Positions 54,819 through 64,000 of a stretch of DNA of 64,000 nt are shown one piece after another (the stretch's first letter is position 1; every line of letters begins with the position of its first letter). A program made the position numbers and the translations under genes. Location: the NCBI GenBank assembly GCA_041395665.1, contig JAWLAB010000003.1:312173-376172 (forward strand). Reading direction: 5' to 3'. The notes under the pieces were generated by a model. It saw nothing but the letters and a program-made list of their open reading frames with translations, was not told the origin of the DNA and searched no databases. The DNA is from Pseudomonadales bacterium. GTDB lineage: Bacteria; Pseudomonadota; Gammaproteobacteria; Pseudomonadales; UBA7239.

Positions 54819-55951
54819 AATCCATTGCTGATGATTGCTACTACATCGCCAGCAACAGTGAACTGACGCAAGCAGCAGAGAGTTGGCAGCACGCAAAAGT
54901 GTTGGGCGTAGACACAGAATTTATTCGTGTCGATACTTTTTATCCCATCCCTGCATTGATGCAAATCAGTGATGGCAAGCAATGCTGGTTGATCGATGTA
55001 TTGTGCATTGATGATTTTTCATCTCTGCACGCCATTCTCACCGCGCCACACATCACAAAAATTATTCACGCCGCCAGCGAAGATTTAGAAGTTTTTGAGC
55101 AACTGCTCGGTGTATTTCCCGCGCCTTTATTTGATACGCAAATCGCCGCTGCATTTTGTGGTTATGGTGCATCGGTGGGTTACAGCAAATTAGTGCAAGA
55201 ACTGTTAGGCATCGAGCTTTCCAAAGAACAATGTCGATCCGATTGGCTCGCTCGCCCACTCAGCGCCGAACAATTGCATTACGCCTGTCTCGATGTGCTG
55301 TATTTGCCTGCGTTATATCAATCACTGCAAGCCTCATTAACACAATTGCAGCGCTGCGATTGGGCTGCGGAAGAAAATACACGCCAGCAAGAGCGCTGCC
55401 GAGAGTTGCGCACCACCAACTACAACTGGGAAAAAATCAATAACGCTTGGCGATTAAATCCCAGCGAGCAGCAGCGACTTTGGCATTTAGTCTTAGGGCG
55501 CGATGCGCTGGCGCGACAGCACAACAAAGCGCGTAATCACATCGCCAAAGATTTTGCACTGCTGGCGCTCGCACAACGCCCACCGGCACAAGTAGCGGCA
55601 CTGTATAGCATGGACGGCTTGCATCCTTCGGCCGTGCGTCAATTTGGCGCGCAGTTATTGCAACTAGCGCAGAAAACGCCGAACGATCTTGCCCATCCAG
55701 AATTACCTCTGCCGCTCAGCAAGGCAGAAAACGAGTATGTAAAAAAACTGCGCGCACTCACCGAACAAATTGCCAACGGTTTGCAGCTTCCGCCTGAGTT
55801 GCTCGCCAAAAAACTAGAAATGGAACAAACCGTCAGACACTATCTCGCGCAACGCCCACTCGATGAAACAGCGCTGCCCAGCCGCTTTCAAGGCTGGCGC
55901 AAAAATATCGTAGGCGCAGCATGGTTAGATGAAATGCGCGCTTGGAGTTAA
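54815..55951 (+). CDS. rnd: ribonuclease D
   Basis: ATG at 54815 overlaps the recR stop (ATGA). DEDD exonuclease motifs ([27 protein letters not shown]) and an HRDC region. 378 aa. Confidence 0.85.
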   Translation: MKSIADDCYYIASNSELTQAAESWQHAKVLGVDTEFIRVDTFYPIPALMQISDGKQCWLIDVLCIDDFSSLHAILTAPHITKIIHAASEDLEVFEQLLGVFPAPLFDTQIAAAFCGYGASVGYSKLVQELLGIELSKEQCRSDWLARPLSAEQLHYACLDVLYLPALYQSLQASLTQLQRCDWAAEENTRQQERCRELRTTNYNWEKINNAWRLNPSEQQRLWHLVLGRDALARQHNKARNHIAKDFALLALAQRPPAQVAALYSMDGLHPSAVRQFGAQLLQLAQKTPNDLAHPELPLPLSKAENEYVKKLRALTEQIANGLQLPPELLAKKLEMEQTVRHYLAQRPLDETALPSRFQGWRKNIVGAAWLDEMRAWS

Positions 55952-55954
55952 ATA

Positions 55955-56248
55955 ATGAGTCGCTTGATTGAAATATTCCGCAGTCCGCGCGAAGAAGGCC
56001 TTTACTTGTTCGTCGATCGAAAAGAAGGTCTCGCTCGCGTACCCGAAGTTTTGTTAGCGCGTTTTGGCAAACCAGAAAGCGCTATGATTTTGAATTTAGA
56101 ACCCACACGCAAACTGGCACGCGCCAATGCAGAAACTGTATTAGCCGCTATCAACGAGCAGGGATTTTATTTGCAGATTCCACCACTGCCCGATAGCGAA
56201 ATGTTTGCCGTGCGTGTCAACAACCAAAAGTTGGAGCAAAAACTATGA
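55955..56248 (+). CDS. YcgL domain-containing protein
   Basis: 97 aa: IEIFRSPREEGLYLFVDRKEGLARVPEVLLARFGKPESAMILNL. Confidence 0.7.
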   Translation: MSRLIEIFRSPREEGLYLFVDRKEGLARVPEVLLARFGKPESAMILNLEPTRKLARANAETVLAAINEQGFYLQIPPLPDSEMFAVRVNNQKLEQKL

Positions 56249-56709
56249 CCGCTGCCGATATTGAACTCGCCAAAATGGTCTACCTCGCTAGCGCCCTCGG
56301 CATAGTGCTGTTTACCAGCATGATTCTGCGCGGCTTGTGGCGGCCGCTGCGTTTTTTATTAATTTCTGTGGCAATCAGCATTTTTTTCACACCCTACTTT
56401 CTCACACAAAAAATGCCTGACGGTTCTGAGCAAAACATAGTCCCGTCTTTTGTTGTGACGCTACACAAAGCGGCAGAAGACAGAGAGCGCTGGCGCGAAA
56501 TTATCCACGAAATAGGCAAACCAATTGCTTTTATGGGCATTGTCAATGCAAGTATTGCTTTGATACTAGCCGTTGCCTTGCCAAAACCACGAAAAAAAAT
56601 AAAATCAGCGAACCCCAAGAAAGAAAAAAAAGCTAAGCAAAAAAAATCGCAAAACCCGTACCTACCTGATGATTTTGAGCCTACTACTTCACAATCGTCC
56701 TCAACCTAA
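56245..56709 (+). CDS. hypothetical membrane protein with a Lys-rich C-terminal tail
   Basis: 154 aa with three hydrophobic segments and tail PKPRKKIKSANPKKEKKAKQKKSQNP. ATGA overlap with the ycgL-like gene. No family recognised. Confidence 0.45.
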   Translation: MTAADIELAKMVYLASALGIVLFTSMILRGLWRPLRFLLISVAISIFFTPYFLTQKMPDGSEQNIVPSFVVTLHKAAEDRERWREIIHEIGKPIAFMGIVNASIALILAVALPKPRKKIKSANPKKEKKAKQKKSQNPYLPDDFEPTTSQSSST

Positions 56710-56726
56710 CAATAGACAGCATATTC

Positions 56727-58079
56727 ATGATCAACACCCTCCTTCACTGCCGCTATTTGATTCCTGTCATCCCAGAAAATTGCGTGCTGGAAAATTACAG
56801 CATCGCTATTACCAATGGCGTTATTACGGATTTATTGCCGCGCCTTGAAGCAGAAAAAAAATATGCGGATGTCACCGCCATCGAACTAGATCAACACATT
56901 GTGTTGCCCGGCTTGATCAATGCACACGGTCACGCTGCCATGAGTTTATTGCGCGGTTATGCCAATGATTTAGCGTTAATGGATTGGCTCAACGATCACA
57001 TTTGGCCGACCGAAGCGCAATGGGTCAGCGATGCTTTTGTATTTGATGGCGCACAATTAGCCATCGGCGAAATGATTAAAAGCGGTACCACTTGTTTCAG
57101 TGATATGTATTTTTTTCCTGAAGCCACTGCGCGCGCTGTGCAAAGTAGCGGTATGCGCTGCCAACTCAGTTTTCCTATTTTCAAATTTCCATCGAACTGG
57201 GGATCAGGCTCACAGGAGTACATCTCAAAAGGTTTGGCACTACACGATCTGTATCGCGATTCCGATCGCATCAAAATTGCTTTTGGTCCACACGCTCCTT
57301 ACACGGTGGATGATGCCAGTATTGAAAAAGTAGTGATGCTGGCCGACGAGTTGGATGCCGGTATTCAAATTCATTTGCACGAAACGGCGTTTGAAGTGGA
57401 AAGTTCCGTGCAAGAAATTGGCATGCGCCCGATTGAACGGCTGCGCAAATTAGGCGCCCTGACACCGCGCACGCAATGCGTACACATGACAGCGCTTAAC
57501 GACGCCGACATACAAACGATCAGCAGTCACGGCTGCCATGTCATTCACTGCCCTGAATCCAATTTGAAATTGGCTAGCGGTTTTTGTCTTGTCGATACGC
57601 TGCAAAAAAACAATATCAATGTTGCGTTAGGCACTGACGGCGCGGCCAGTAATGATGATCTCGATTTGTTTGCTGAATTGCGTACGGCTGCACTGCTAGC
57701 AAAAGCCGTTGCCAATGATGCTACCGCGCTGCCCGCACACGCCGCGGTGCGCATGGCCACCATCAACGGCGCGCGCGCATTGGGTATGGAACAGTTAATC
57801 GGCAGTTTAGAAATTGGCAAACAGGCGGATATCACCGCTGGCGCATCGACACACTGTGCGCACAACCGCTACACGATGCCGTCACTGGTTTACACCAGCA
57901 GCGGCTCGCGGTGTTGATGTGTGGGTAGGCGGAAAACGCCTCCTGAGAATCGTCAGTTGACGACTTTGGATGAAAGCGAATTGATACAGCGCACGATGAG
58001 CTGGTCAGAAAAATTCAAGCGGCTTCCAACAAAAAATCTACACAATAACTGCCACTCTCCGGCGAAGGTGTTTTGCTAA
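56727..58079 (+). pseudogene. mtaD: TRZ/ATZ-family amidohydrolase (MtaD-like 5-methylthioadenosine/S-adenosylhomocysteine deaminase) with a disrupted 3' end
   Basis: N-terminal metal motif LPGLINAHGHAAMSLLRG. The ORF stops at TGA 57915-57917, but the same frame reopens. Family-like C-terminal motifs (RIDTLCAQPLHDAV, VDVWVGGKRLL, ENRQLTTLDESEL) are distributed over three frames. The 3' end is uncertain. Confidence 0.65.
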
Positions 58080-58856
58080 CCACGGCAAGGTCTCTCGCAT
58101 AGCGGCCGCCAGCGGCCACGGCGGGTTGATCACTAACATCCCGCTGCCTGCCATCCCTGCGCCGTTAGGCTCTCGTGTTAACCACTCAATTTTCAGCAAA
58201 CTTTTCATCGGCAATGCGGCAATTTTTTTAATCATTTTTTCTGCGCGCTTCGCTTCTACCACGGGATACCAAACTAAATACACGCCTGTTGCAAAGCGTT
58301 TTAATGCATCGTCTAGCGCTTGAATAATCGCCGCCTCTTCACCCATCGTTTCATAGCTGGGATCCAACAACACCACACCGCGCCGCTCTTTCGGTGGCAA
58401 TGCCGCTTTTAGTGCCGCGTAACCGTTCGTTTTTTGCACGCGCACATTGGAAAAATGTTTGCAGTTTTCGGCGAGCGATGCGTATTCCTGTGGATGCAAT
58501 TCCGAAGCAAACAGTCGATCACTGCCGCGCAACATTTTCTGCGCTAACAACAAAGAACCCGCGTAGTAGCGCAAATGCCCGCCTTCGTTAAAAGCACGCA
58601 ACGCCTGCAAATACGGCGTTAACGCAGCAGGCGCACTACTCGCCGTACGCCACAGTGTTTCAATGCCATCACGGTATTCGCTAGTTTTTTGTGCGATAGG
58701 ATGCGTTAAATCGTAAAGCCCGCGACCGGCGTGCATATCGTGAAAATACAGCGGCTTGTCCTTCTGCAGCAGATAATCCAACACATAACAAAGCACTGCG
58801 TGCTTCAACACATCCGCCACATTGCCTGCATGAAAACCGTGTTGATAACTGAGCAT
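58038..58856 (-). CDS. rlmJ: 23S rRNA (adenine2030-N6)-methyltransferase RlmJ
   Basis: 272 aa with the characteristic N-terminus MLSYQHGFHAGNVADVLKH and the DPSYE motif. Confidence 0.85.
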   Translation of the reverse strand: MLSYQHGFHAGNVADVLKHAVLCYVLDYLLQKDKPLYFHDMHAGRGLYDLTHPIAQKTSEYRDGIETLWRTASSAPAALTPYLQALRAFNEGGHLRYYAGSLLLAQKMLRGSDRLFASELHPQEYASLAENCKHFSNVRVQKTNGYAALKAALPPKERRGVVLLDPSYETMGEEAAIIQALDDALKRFATGVYLVWYPVVEAKRAEKMIKKIAALPMKSLLKIEWLTREPNGAGMAGSGMLVINPPWPLAAAMRETLPWLAKHLRRRVAVIV

Positions 58857-58859
58857 AAA

Positions 58860-60035
58860 CTATTTCGACAAATACGCCATGGCGCGATCAAGACCAGAGA
58901 TCGTCAGCGGAAACATACGATTCTCCACCAAGTCGCACACCAACTTGATACTGTGCGTGCGCGGCCAATACTCCTCTGGCATCGGGTTTAACCACACCAA
59001 TTTGGGATAGGTTTCTGCCATGCGCTGCATCCACACCGCGCCGGCTTCTTCATTGTGATACTCGATATTGCCGCCGATATGGGTGATTTCATAAGGCGCC
59101 ATACTGGCATCGCCGACAAATACTACTTTGTAATCTGCCGCGTATTTATGCATCACATCCAACACCGCTGTTTTTTCCGAAAAGCGGCGCACATTATTTT
59201 TCCACACAAAGTCATAAATAAAATTGTGAAAATAAAAGTATTCCAGATGTTTGAACTCAGAGCGCACGGCAGAAAATAATTCCTCGCACATTTCGATGTG
59301 CGGATCCATCGAACCGCCGATATCAAAAAACATCAGTACCTTCACCGCGTTATGCCGCTCCGGCACCATACGAATATCCAACAAACCTGCGTTGCGTGCG
59401 GTTGAGCGAATGGTGTCATCAATATCCAATTCTTCGTTAGCGCCTTGGCGCGCAAATTTTCGCAAACGCTTTAATGCCACTTTGATATTGCGCGAGCCTA
59501 TTTCCGTTGAATCATCCAAATCACGGAATTGCCGTTTCTCCCACACTTTCACTGCGCGGCGATTCTTACTCTCACCACCCACGCGAATCCCTTCTGGGTT
59601 GTAACCATTATTACCAAACGGCGAAGTGCCACCTGTGCCTATCCATTTATTGCCACCTTCATGGCGCTCTTTTTGTTCGGCGAGGCGCTTTTTGAATTCT
59701 TCAATCAGCTTCTCTAAACCGCCCAAAGACTGAATCTGCTTCTTTTCCTCTTCGCTGAGGTTTTTTTCAAATTGCTGCCGCAGCCATTCATCAGGAATCA
59801 TGACTGAAATTAAATCATCAACCGTTTGCATATCTTTGAAATAGCGACCGAAAGCTTGATCGAAGCGATCAAAGTATTTTTCGTCTTTCACCAAACAGGT
59901 GCGCGCCAAAATATAAAAATCATCCATGTTGGCAAAAGCCAGATGATTCTCAAGCGCCTCCAGCAGAACCAGCAACTCCTTAATAGATACAGGAACACCG
60001 GCATTTTTTAGCGTATAAAAGAAATTAACCAGCAT
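58860..60035 (-). CDS. VWA domain-containing protein (CoxE-like, COG3552-type)
   Basis: 391 aa. N-terminus MLVNFFYTLKNAGVPVSIKELLVLLEAL and a C-terminal VWA/MIDAS-like region (MFFDIGGSM). Family assignment is from memory. Confidence 0.55.
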   Translation of the reverse strand: MLVNFFYTLKNAGVPVSIKELLVLLEALENHLAFANMDDFYILARTCLVKDEKYFDRFDQAFGRYFKDMQTVDDLISVMIPDEWLRQQFEKNLSEEEKKQIQSLGGLEKLIEEFKKRLAEQKERHEGGNKWIGTGGTSPFGNNGYNPEGIRVGGESKNRRAVKVWEKRQFRDLDDSTEIGSRNIKVALKRLRKFARQGANEELDIDDTIRSTARNAGLLDIRMVPERHNAVKVLMFFDIGGSMDPHIEMCEELFSAVRSEFKHLEYFYFHNFIYDFVWKNNVRRFSEKTAVLDVMHKYAADYKVVFVGDASMAPYEITHIGGNIEYHNEEAGAVWMQRMAETYPKLVWLNPMPEEYWPRTHSIKLVCDLVENRMFPLTISGLDRAMAYLSK

Positions 60036-60041
60036 AAATAG

Positions 60042-61751
60042 CTACTTTAATTTGAAAAACAAAGCCTGATCCCTGAGGCGCTGAATTTTTTCGTTCATTT
60101 CTTGCACTGATTGAGACAGCACTTCAGAAGTTTCTGCGCTTTTATGCGTTGAGCTCTCTATCTGCGTAACCGCGATAGTGATTTGCTCGACACCACTCTG
60201 CTGTTCTTCAGAAGCATTGGTGATTTCGCGCACCAATTCAGAGGTTTGTACAACTTGCGGCACTATTTCATCGAGAATAGCTGATGCCTTTTCTGCCACC
60301 TGCATAACATTGGTTGAAAGATCACTGATTTCATACGCCGTTTCTTTACTGCGCTCGGCCAGCTTTCTCACTTCACCCGCCACCACCGCGAAGCCGCGAC
60401 CGTGTTCACCCGCGCGCGCCGCTTCAATTTCTGCGTTCAATGCCAACAAATTCGTGGTGTGTGCAATTTCATCAATCAACAGAATTTTTTCTGCGATTTT
60501 TTTCATCTCAACAACTGCCTGCCCCACTACATGGCTGCTGGAGCGTACATTGTCGGCAGACTGCGAGGCGATTTGCTCGGTAGCACGCGCATTGTCTGCA
60601 TTGCGCGCAATGGTCACGCTCATTTGCTCCAGAGCAGCAGAAGTTTCTTCCACGCTAGCTGCTTGTTCGCTCGCACTATGACTGACATCCGCTGCACTAT
60701 TTAAAATATGGCTCACACCAGTACTTAAATGATCAATGGTGTCATTCACTTGCAACAACACCGACTGCTGCTTACTGATAAATGCATTAAAAGCATCAGC
60801 TAATTCACCCAATTCATCATTGGTGGTTTTTTTCAAACGGCGCGTAAAATCACCTTGCCCTTGATGCAAGTCCTGTGCGGCATCAATCAATGCTCGAATA
60901 GGTCGTACCAAAATGCGTTTTGAAATGAGATAAGTGCCTAAATAAATAAAAAATCCAGGAATCAGCGACACCAGTGTGATGAGGATTTGTATGTATTCGT
61001 AAGGCATATCCGCATTCGCTTTATTCACTTCAGCGACAACAAGCCACGGAAAATTTAGCGTTCTTAAAGGTGTAGCTGCACCGTAAACGGCTTGGTCTTT
61101 GTTGTTGTTATAGTGCTGCAAACGCGCCACACCAAAATTTGAAACCATGACTCGCGCTTGCCACTGCGCTTCTGTTTCTACACGCACTTGATCTGCAATA
61201 TCCACAGGAAATTGCGCTGCCAAAAGCGCCCCTTGCATCAATACAGCCACACGCACACCAGACACAACAACCGGCGCCAATACCAACACGCCTTCATCAT
61301 TACCCGCCACAGCAGGCATCGGTAATATCAATGGTTCATCGCTGCTCAATTGCGTTTGTGCCGCAATTGCCAACATACGCTCAGAAAGATTGCCTGAAGC
61401 AAGAATTGGCTTACTGCTATTGAGCAGTAACAACAATACATTTTCATTGGCCTGCAGTTGCAAAGCCGTTTGCTGTTCAGCAGTCATCACGCCACTGTGC
61501 ACAGCTTCTGTCACTTGTGGACTAGCTGCGCGCCATTGCGCTTGTGTTTTCATGAATTGCGTTTTCAATACCGCTTGATTAGCGGCGATCGTTGCCACAT
61601 AACTGCGATCGCGCAAAATACTTTCGCTGACATAAGTGTTGTAAGCGTAAGTCGCCAATAGCGACACAACAGTCACTGTCACACTGATACACGCCATCTG
61701 TATCAGCACCAATTTCCAACCCAGCGAGAGACTTTGTAATTTTTTTAGCAT
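60042..61751 (-). CDS. methyl-accepting chemotaxis protein
   Basis: ATG at 61751. TM1, a periplasmic sensor region, TM2 and HAMP. Conserved signalling hairpin [43 protein letters not shown]. Confidence 0.85.
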   Translation of the reverse strand: MLKKLQSLSLGWKLVLIQMACISVTVTVVSLLATYAYNTYVSESILRDRSYVATIAANQAVLKTQFMKTQAQWRAASPQVTEAVHSGVMTAEQQTALQLQANENVLLLLLNSSKPILASGNLSERMLAIAAQTQLSSDEPLILPMPAVAGNDEGVLVLAPVVVSGVRVAVLMQGALLAAQFPVDIADQVRVETEAQWQARVMVSNFGVARLQHYNNNKDQAVYGAATPLRTLNFPWLVVAEVNKANADMPYEYIQILITLVSLIPGFFIYLGTYLISKRILVRPIRALIDAAQDLHQGQGDFTRRLKKTTNDELGELADAFNAFISKQQSVLLQVNDTIDHLSTGVSHILNSAADVSHSASEQAASVEETSAALEQMSVTIARNADNARATEQIASQSADNVRSSSHVVGQAVVEMKKIAEKILLIDEIAHTTNLLALNAEIEAARAGEHGRGFAVVAGEVRKLAERSKETAYEISDLSTNVMQVAEKASAILDEIVPQVVQTSELVREITNASEEQQSGVEQITIAVTQIESSTHKSAETSEVLSQSVQEMNEKIQRLRDQALFFKLK

Positions 61752-61766
61752 GATATTTCCCTGACA

Positions 61767-61820
61767 CAAAAAAGGATCCGTGTACTGTCGTTACACTGTA
61801 ACAACGGCACACGGATCCTG
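61767..61820 (-). terminator. strong rho-independent terminator after fpr
   Basis: 11-bp perfect arms AGGATCCGTGT/ACACGGATCCT (61773-61819) with an imperfect inner stem, followed on the minus strand by TTTTTT. Confidence 0.75.
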
Positions 61821-61844
61821 CCAAGCTTTCCTAAACGCTGCGAA

Positions 61845-62617
61845 TTATTTTTCGACGAAAGCACGCTCAATCGCGTAGTCGCCAGGCTCGCCCATACGAG
61901 GAGACTCTTTCAAGCCCAAGCCGTTGAGTACATTGCACAGGTCCACCAACAATGCAGGACTGCCACACATCAGAGCGCGGTCATCTTGTGGATTGATCTG
62001 TGGCAAACCAATATCGGCCGACAACTTACCGCTCACAATCAAATCCGTTAGACGGCCTTGGTTGCGGAAAGGCTCGCGCGTTACTGTTGGGTAGTAAATC
62101 AATTTTTCTTTCACCAAATCGCCAAATCATTTTCTTGCAGTTCTTTGGTGATGTAGTCGTAGTACGCCAACTCACTTACCCAACGCACACCGTGGGTCAG
62201 GATCACTTTGTCATAGCGCTCATAGACTTCTGGGTCTTTGATGATGGACATAAACGGCGCCAAGCCTGTTCCGGTTGAGAACAGATACAGGTGTTTGCCT
62301 GGCACGAGGTTGTCTTGCACCAAGGTGCCGGTAGGTTTTTTGCTCACCAACACAGAGTCACCCACTTTGATGTTCTGTAGGCGCGAAGTCAGCGGGCCGT
62401 CTGGCACTTTAATGCTGAGAAATTCTAAATAAGGCTCGTAATTGGCACTGACGATACTGTAGGCGCGCAGTAGCGGTCGGCCTTCGACCTCCAAGCCGAT
62501 CATCACAAATTGGCCGTTGATAAAACGCAACCCGTCTTCACGCGTGCATTTGAAACTGAACAAAGTGTCATTCCAGTGGTGAACTTCAAGAACACGCTCA
62601 ACCGTGATATTGGACAT
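61845..62617 (-). pseudogene. fpr: ferredoxin-NADP+ reductase Fpr, split by a 1-nt deletion in a homopolymer (62124-62126)
   Basis: ATG at 62617 (MSNITVERVLEVHHWNDTLFSF; RAYSIVS FAD motif). The N-terminal ORF ends ...LQENDLAIW*. The other frame continues FGDLVKEKLIYYPTVTRE. Length 773 nt = 3n+2. Confidence 0.8.
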
Positions 62618-62788
62618 CAGGCTTCTCTCTCTAATAACCGTTTGCCACCCAGTGACAAGACGGACGGTGGGTAAACATCGTGTAAAAAACAGGTGCGAAA
62701 TGATAACGGTTACAGCTGCTACTGGAAACCTCACATTTGCAGTAGTTTCGCTGCCATTGTTGATATCTGCACAGAAATTTGCGCTATC

Positions 62789-63583
62789 TCAAGTTCTGCA
62801 GGGTTGAATCAGCTTGGCTGAGAAAGGCGCCCAACTGCCCAAGTAGCCTTCTTGAGCGGTTAATGATTCGATGAGAGCCAAATAGTTGTCGCGCCAAATC
62901 TGCAACGCGCCCAATGATGCGGTGTGGTGATTGAGCACCTGTGAATCCAACAGCGGAAAGCCCAGCTCTGCCAATAACATTCCCAATGCTGCAAACGCCA
63001 GTTTCGACGCTCCGCTCTCGCGGCAAAACATGGACTCACCACAAAACAAACGCCCGATCGCCACGCCATAAATCCCGCCGACCAAACGCTCGCCCTCCCA
63101 GACTTCCACACTGTGCGCGTAGCCAGCGCGATGTAACGCACAGTAGGCATCGATCATATCCGGCACCAACCAAGTGCCATCGTTCGCATCGCGCGGCTCT
63201 GCGCAGCCACGAATCACGCCTGCAAAATCCTGATCCACCGTGAGATGCCAATGCTTGCCGCGCAATGCACGACGCAAGCTGCGGTTGATTTGAATATTGC
63301 CCGTGAGAAAAACGCTGCGCGGATCGGGCGACCACCATTTGATCGGCTCACCTTCGCCGTACCAAGGAAAAATACCTTGCTGATACGCTGCGAGCAAGCG
63401 CGCTACCGACAAATCGCCGCCCAGCGCGAGCAAGCCTTGGGCTTGCGCTTCGTTGTGAGGAGGAAACAGTGAGCAGTTCTTGGCATCCAAAATTGCCAAA
63501 TCGTGGTCATTTGTACGATCAAACCAAGGATGATCGGAACAATCGCTCAAGCGCTGCAATATCACTTTGGTGCTACGAGGCAT
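62789..63583 (-). CDS. aat: leucyl/phenylalanyl-tRNA--protein transferase
   Basis: GLLALGGDLSVARLLAAYQQGIFPWYGEGEPIKWWSPDPRSVF and GESMF motifs. The ATG at 63583 has a GAGG Shine-Dalgarno. The N-terminus is ~25 aa longer than E. coli Aat, so the start is not certain. Confidence 0.85.
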   Translation of the reverse strand: MPRSTKVILQRLSDCSDHPWFDRTNDHDLAILDAKNCSLFPPHNEAQAQGLLALGGDLSVARLLAAYQQGIFPWYGEGEPIKWWSPDPRSVFLTGNIQINRSLRRALRGKHWHLTVDQDFAGVIRGCAEPRDANDGTWLVPDMIDAYCALHRAGYAHSVEVWEGERLVGGIYGVAIGRLFCGESMFCRESGASKLAFAALGMLLAELGFPLLDSQVLNHHTASLGALQIWRDNYLALIESLTAQEGYLGSWAPFSAKLIQPCRT

Positions 63584-63613
63584 AAGTCTGCCTCAATACC
63601 ACAACAATACGAA

Positions 63614-64000
63614 CTAGATCGCTGCGCCTCTGTCCTGCGGTTTAGGCTCTCTTGCAATCAATTCGTGATTCCATTCAGAAATCAGCGCGGTGAGCTGCAT
63701 GATCTGGCGCTCCAAACTCTGCAACTCTTGTTCGGTCATTTTTTTGCCGATAAAAATTTCCACTTCTTTGCTTTTTTGTGTCAGCGGATGCGTCGGAAAA
63801 TCCATACGATACACTTCCAGCTGCCAGCGCGTGTTATTCACCACTGTACGATACAAAGACAACTTGGTGGTGAGATTAAAAGTCGAAAAATCCAGCAAAT
63901 CCCCTAAACCGGCGAGATCTACCGCAATCAACAACGCACCAGAGCAACCGGGTGTTACGGCCACCGTCGCAGTGCGCGGCTGATGACAAATAATCGACAG
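63614..64000 (-). CDS. hypothetical protein, C-terminal part (possibly PilZ-like barrel plus C-terminal coiled coil); 5' end lies outside the window
   Basis: Frame is open to the window edge. A weak DxSxxG-like string (VDLAGLG) and a heptad-like tail (MTEQELQSLERQIMQLTALISEW). The family call is tentative. Confidence 0.3.
   Translation of the reverse strand: MSIICHQPRTATVAVTPGCSGALLIAVDLAGLGDLLDFSTFNLTTKLSLYRTVVNNTRWQLEVYRMDFPTHPLTQKSKEVEIFIGKKMTEQELQSLERQIMQLTALISEWNHELIAREPKPQDRGAAI

Overview
Mostly core-genome chromosomal segment of a gammaproteobacterium. Gene content and order look Pseudomonadales/Cellvibrionales-like: arsC-like/wrbA/DUF2069/sppA, cysB, alr, comEC, ppiD-hupB-lon-clpX-clpP-tig, tRNA-Leu, infA, clpA-clpS, ETF-QO, trmA, FabY-type KAS, aroC-prmB, folE, trpF-trpB-trpA-accD-folC, two acyl-CoA dehydrogenases, recR-rnd-ycgL, mtaD-like, rlmJ, an MCP, fpr and aat. 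I support about 60 protein genes, one tRNA-Leu(UAG), several rho-independent terminators and one clear sigma70 promoter. I saw no rRNA, CRISPR array, transposase, integrase or phage genes. Three things merit a second look. (1) A 2.9 kb single-gene insert encodes a secreted double beta-propeller protein (7 delta-60 repeats, a thrombospondin-type-3 linker, 7 FG-GAP repeats). It is bracketed by two ~91% identical direct copies of the first ~183 nt of trpF, which looks like a Campbell-type integration scar. The insert now sits 29 nt upstream of trpF-trpB-trpA. (2) Conserved genes carry an unusually high density of reading-frame lesions: ABC-F, clpA, trpF, fpr, mtaD-like, DUF3465 and a GT-C membrane protein. 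Several are 1-nt homopolymer-length changes; two are in-frame stop codons. This indicates either a draft-quality assembly or genuine gene decay. (3) Several gene neighbourhoods are non-canonical: a TrpD2/YbiB-like protein with a beta-CASP MBL nuclease; a CHASE2 Ser/Thr kinase next to an InaA-like kinase; folC translationally coupled to a GT-C membrane protein; and MCP-VWA-RlmJ. All functional calls rest on motif and family recognition by eye. No database search was run.
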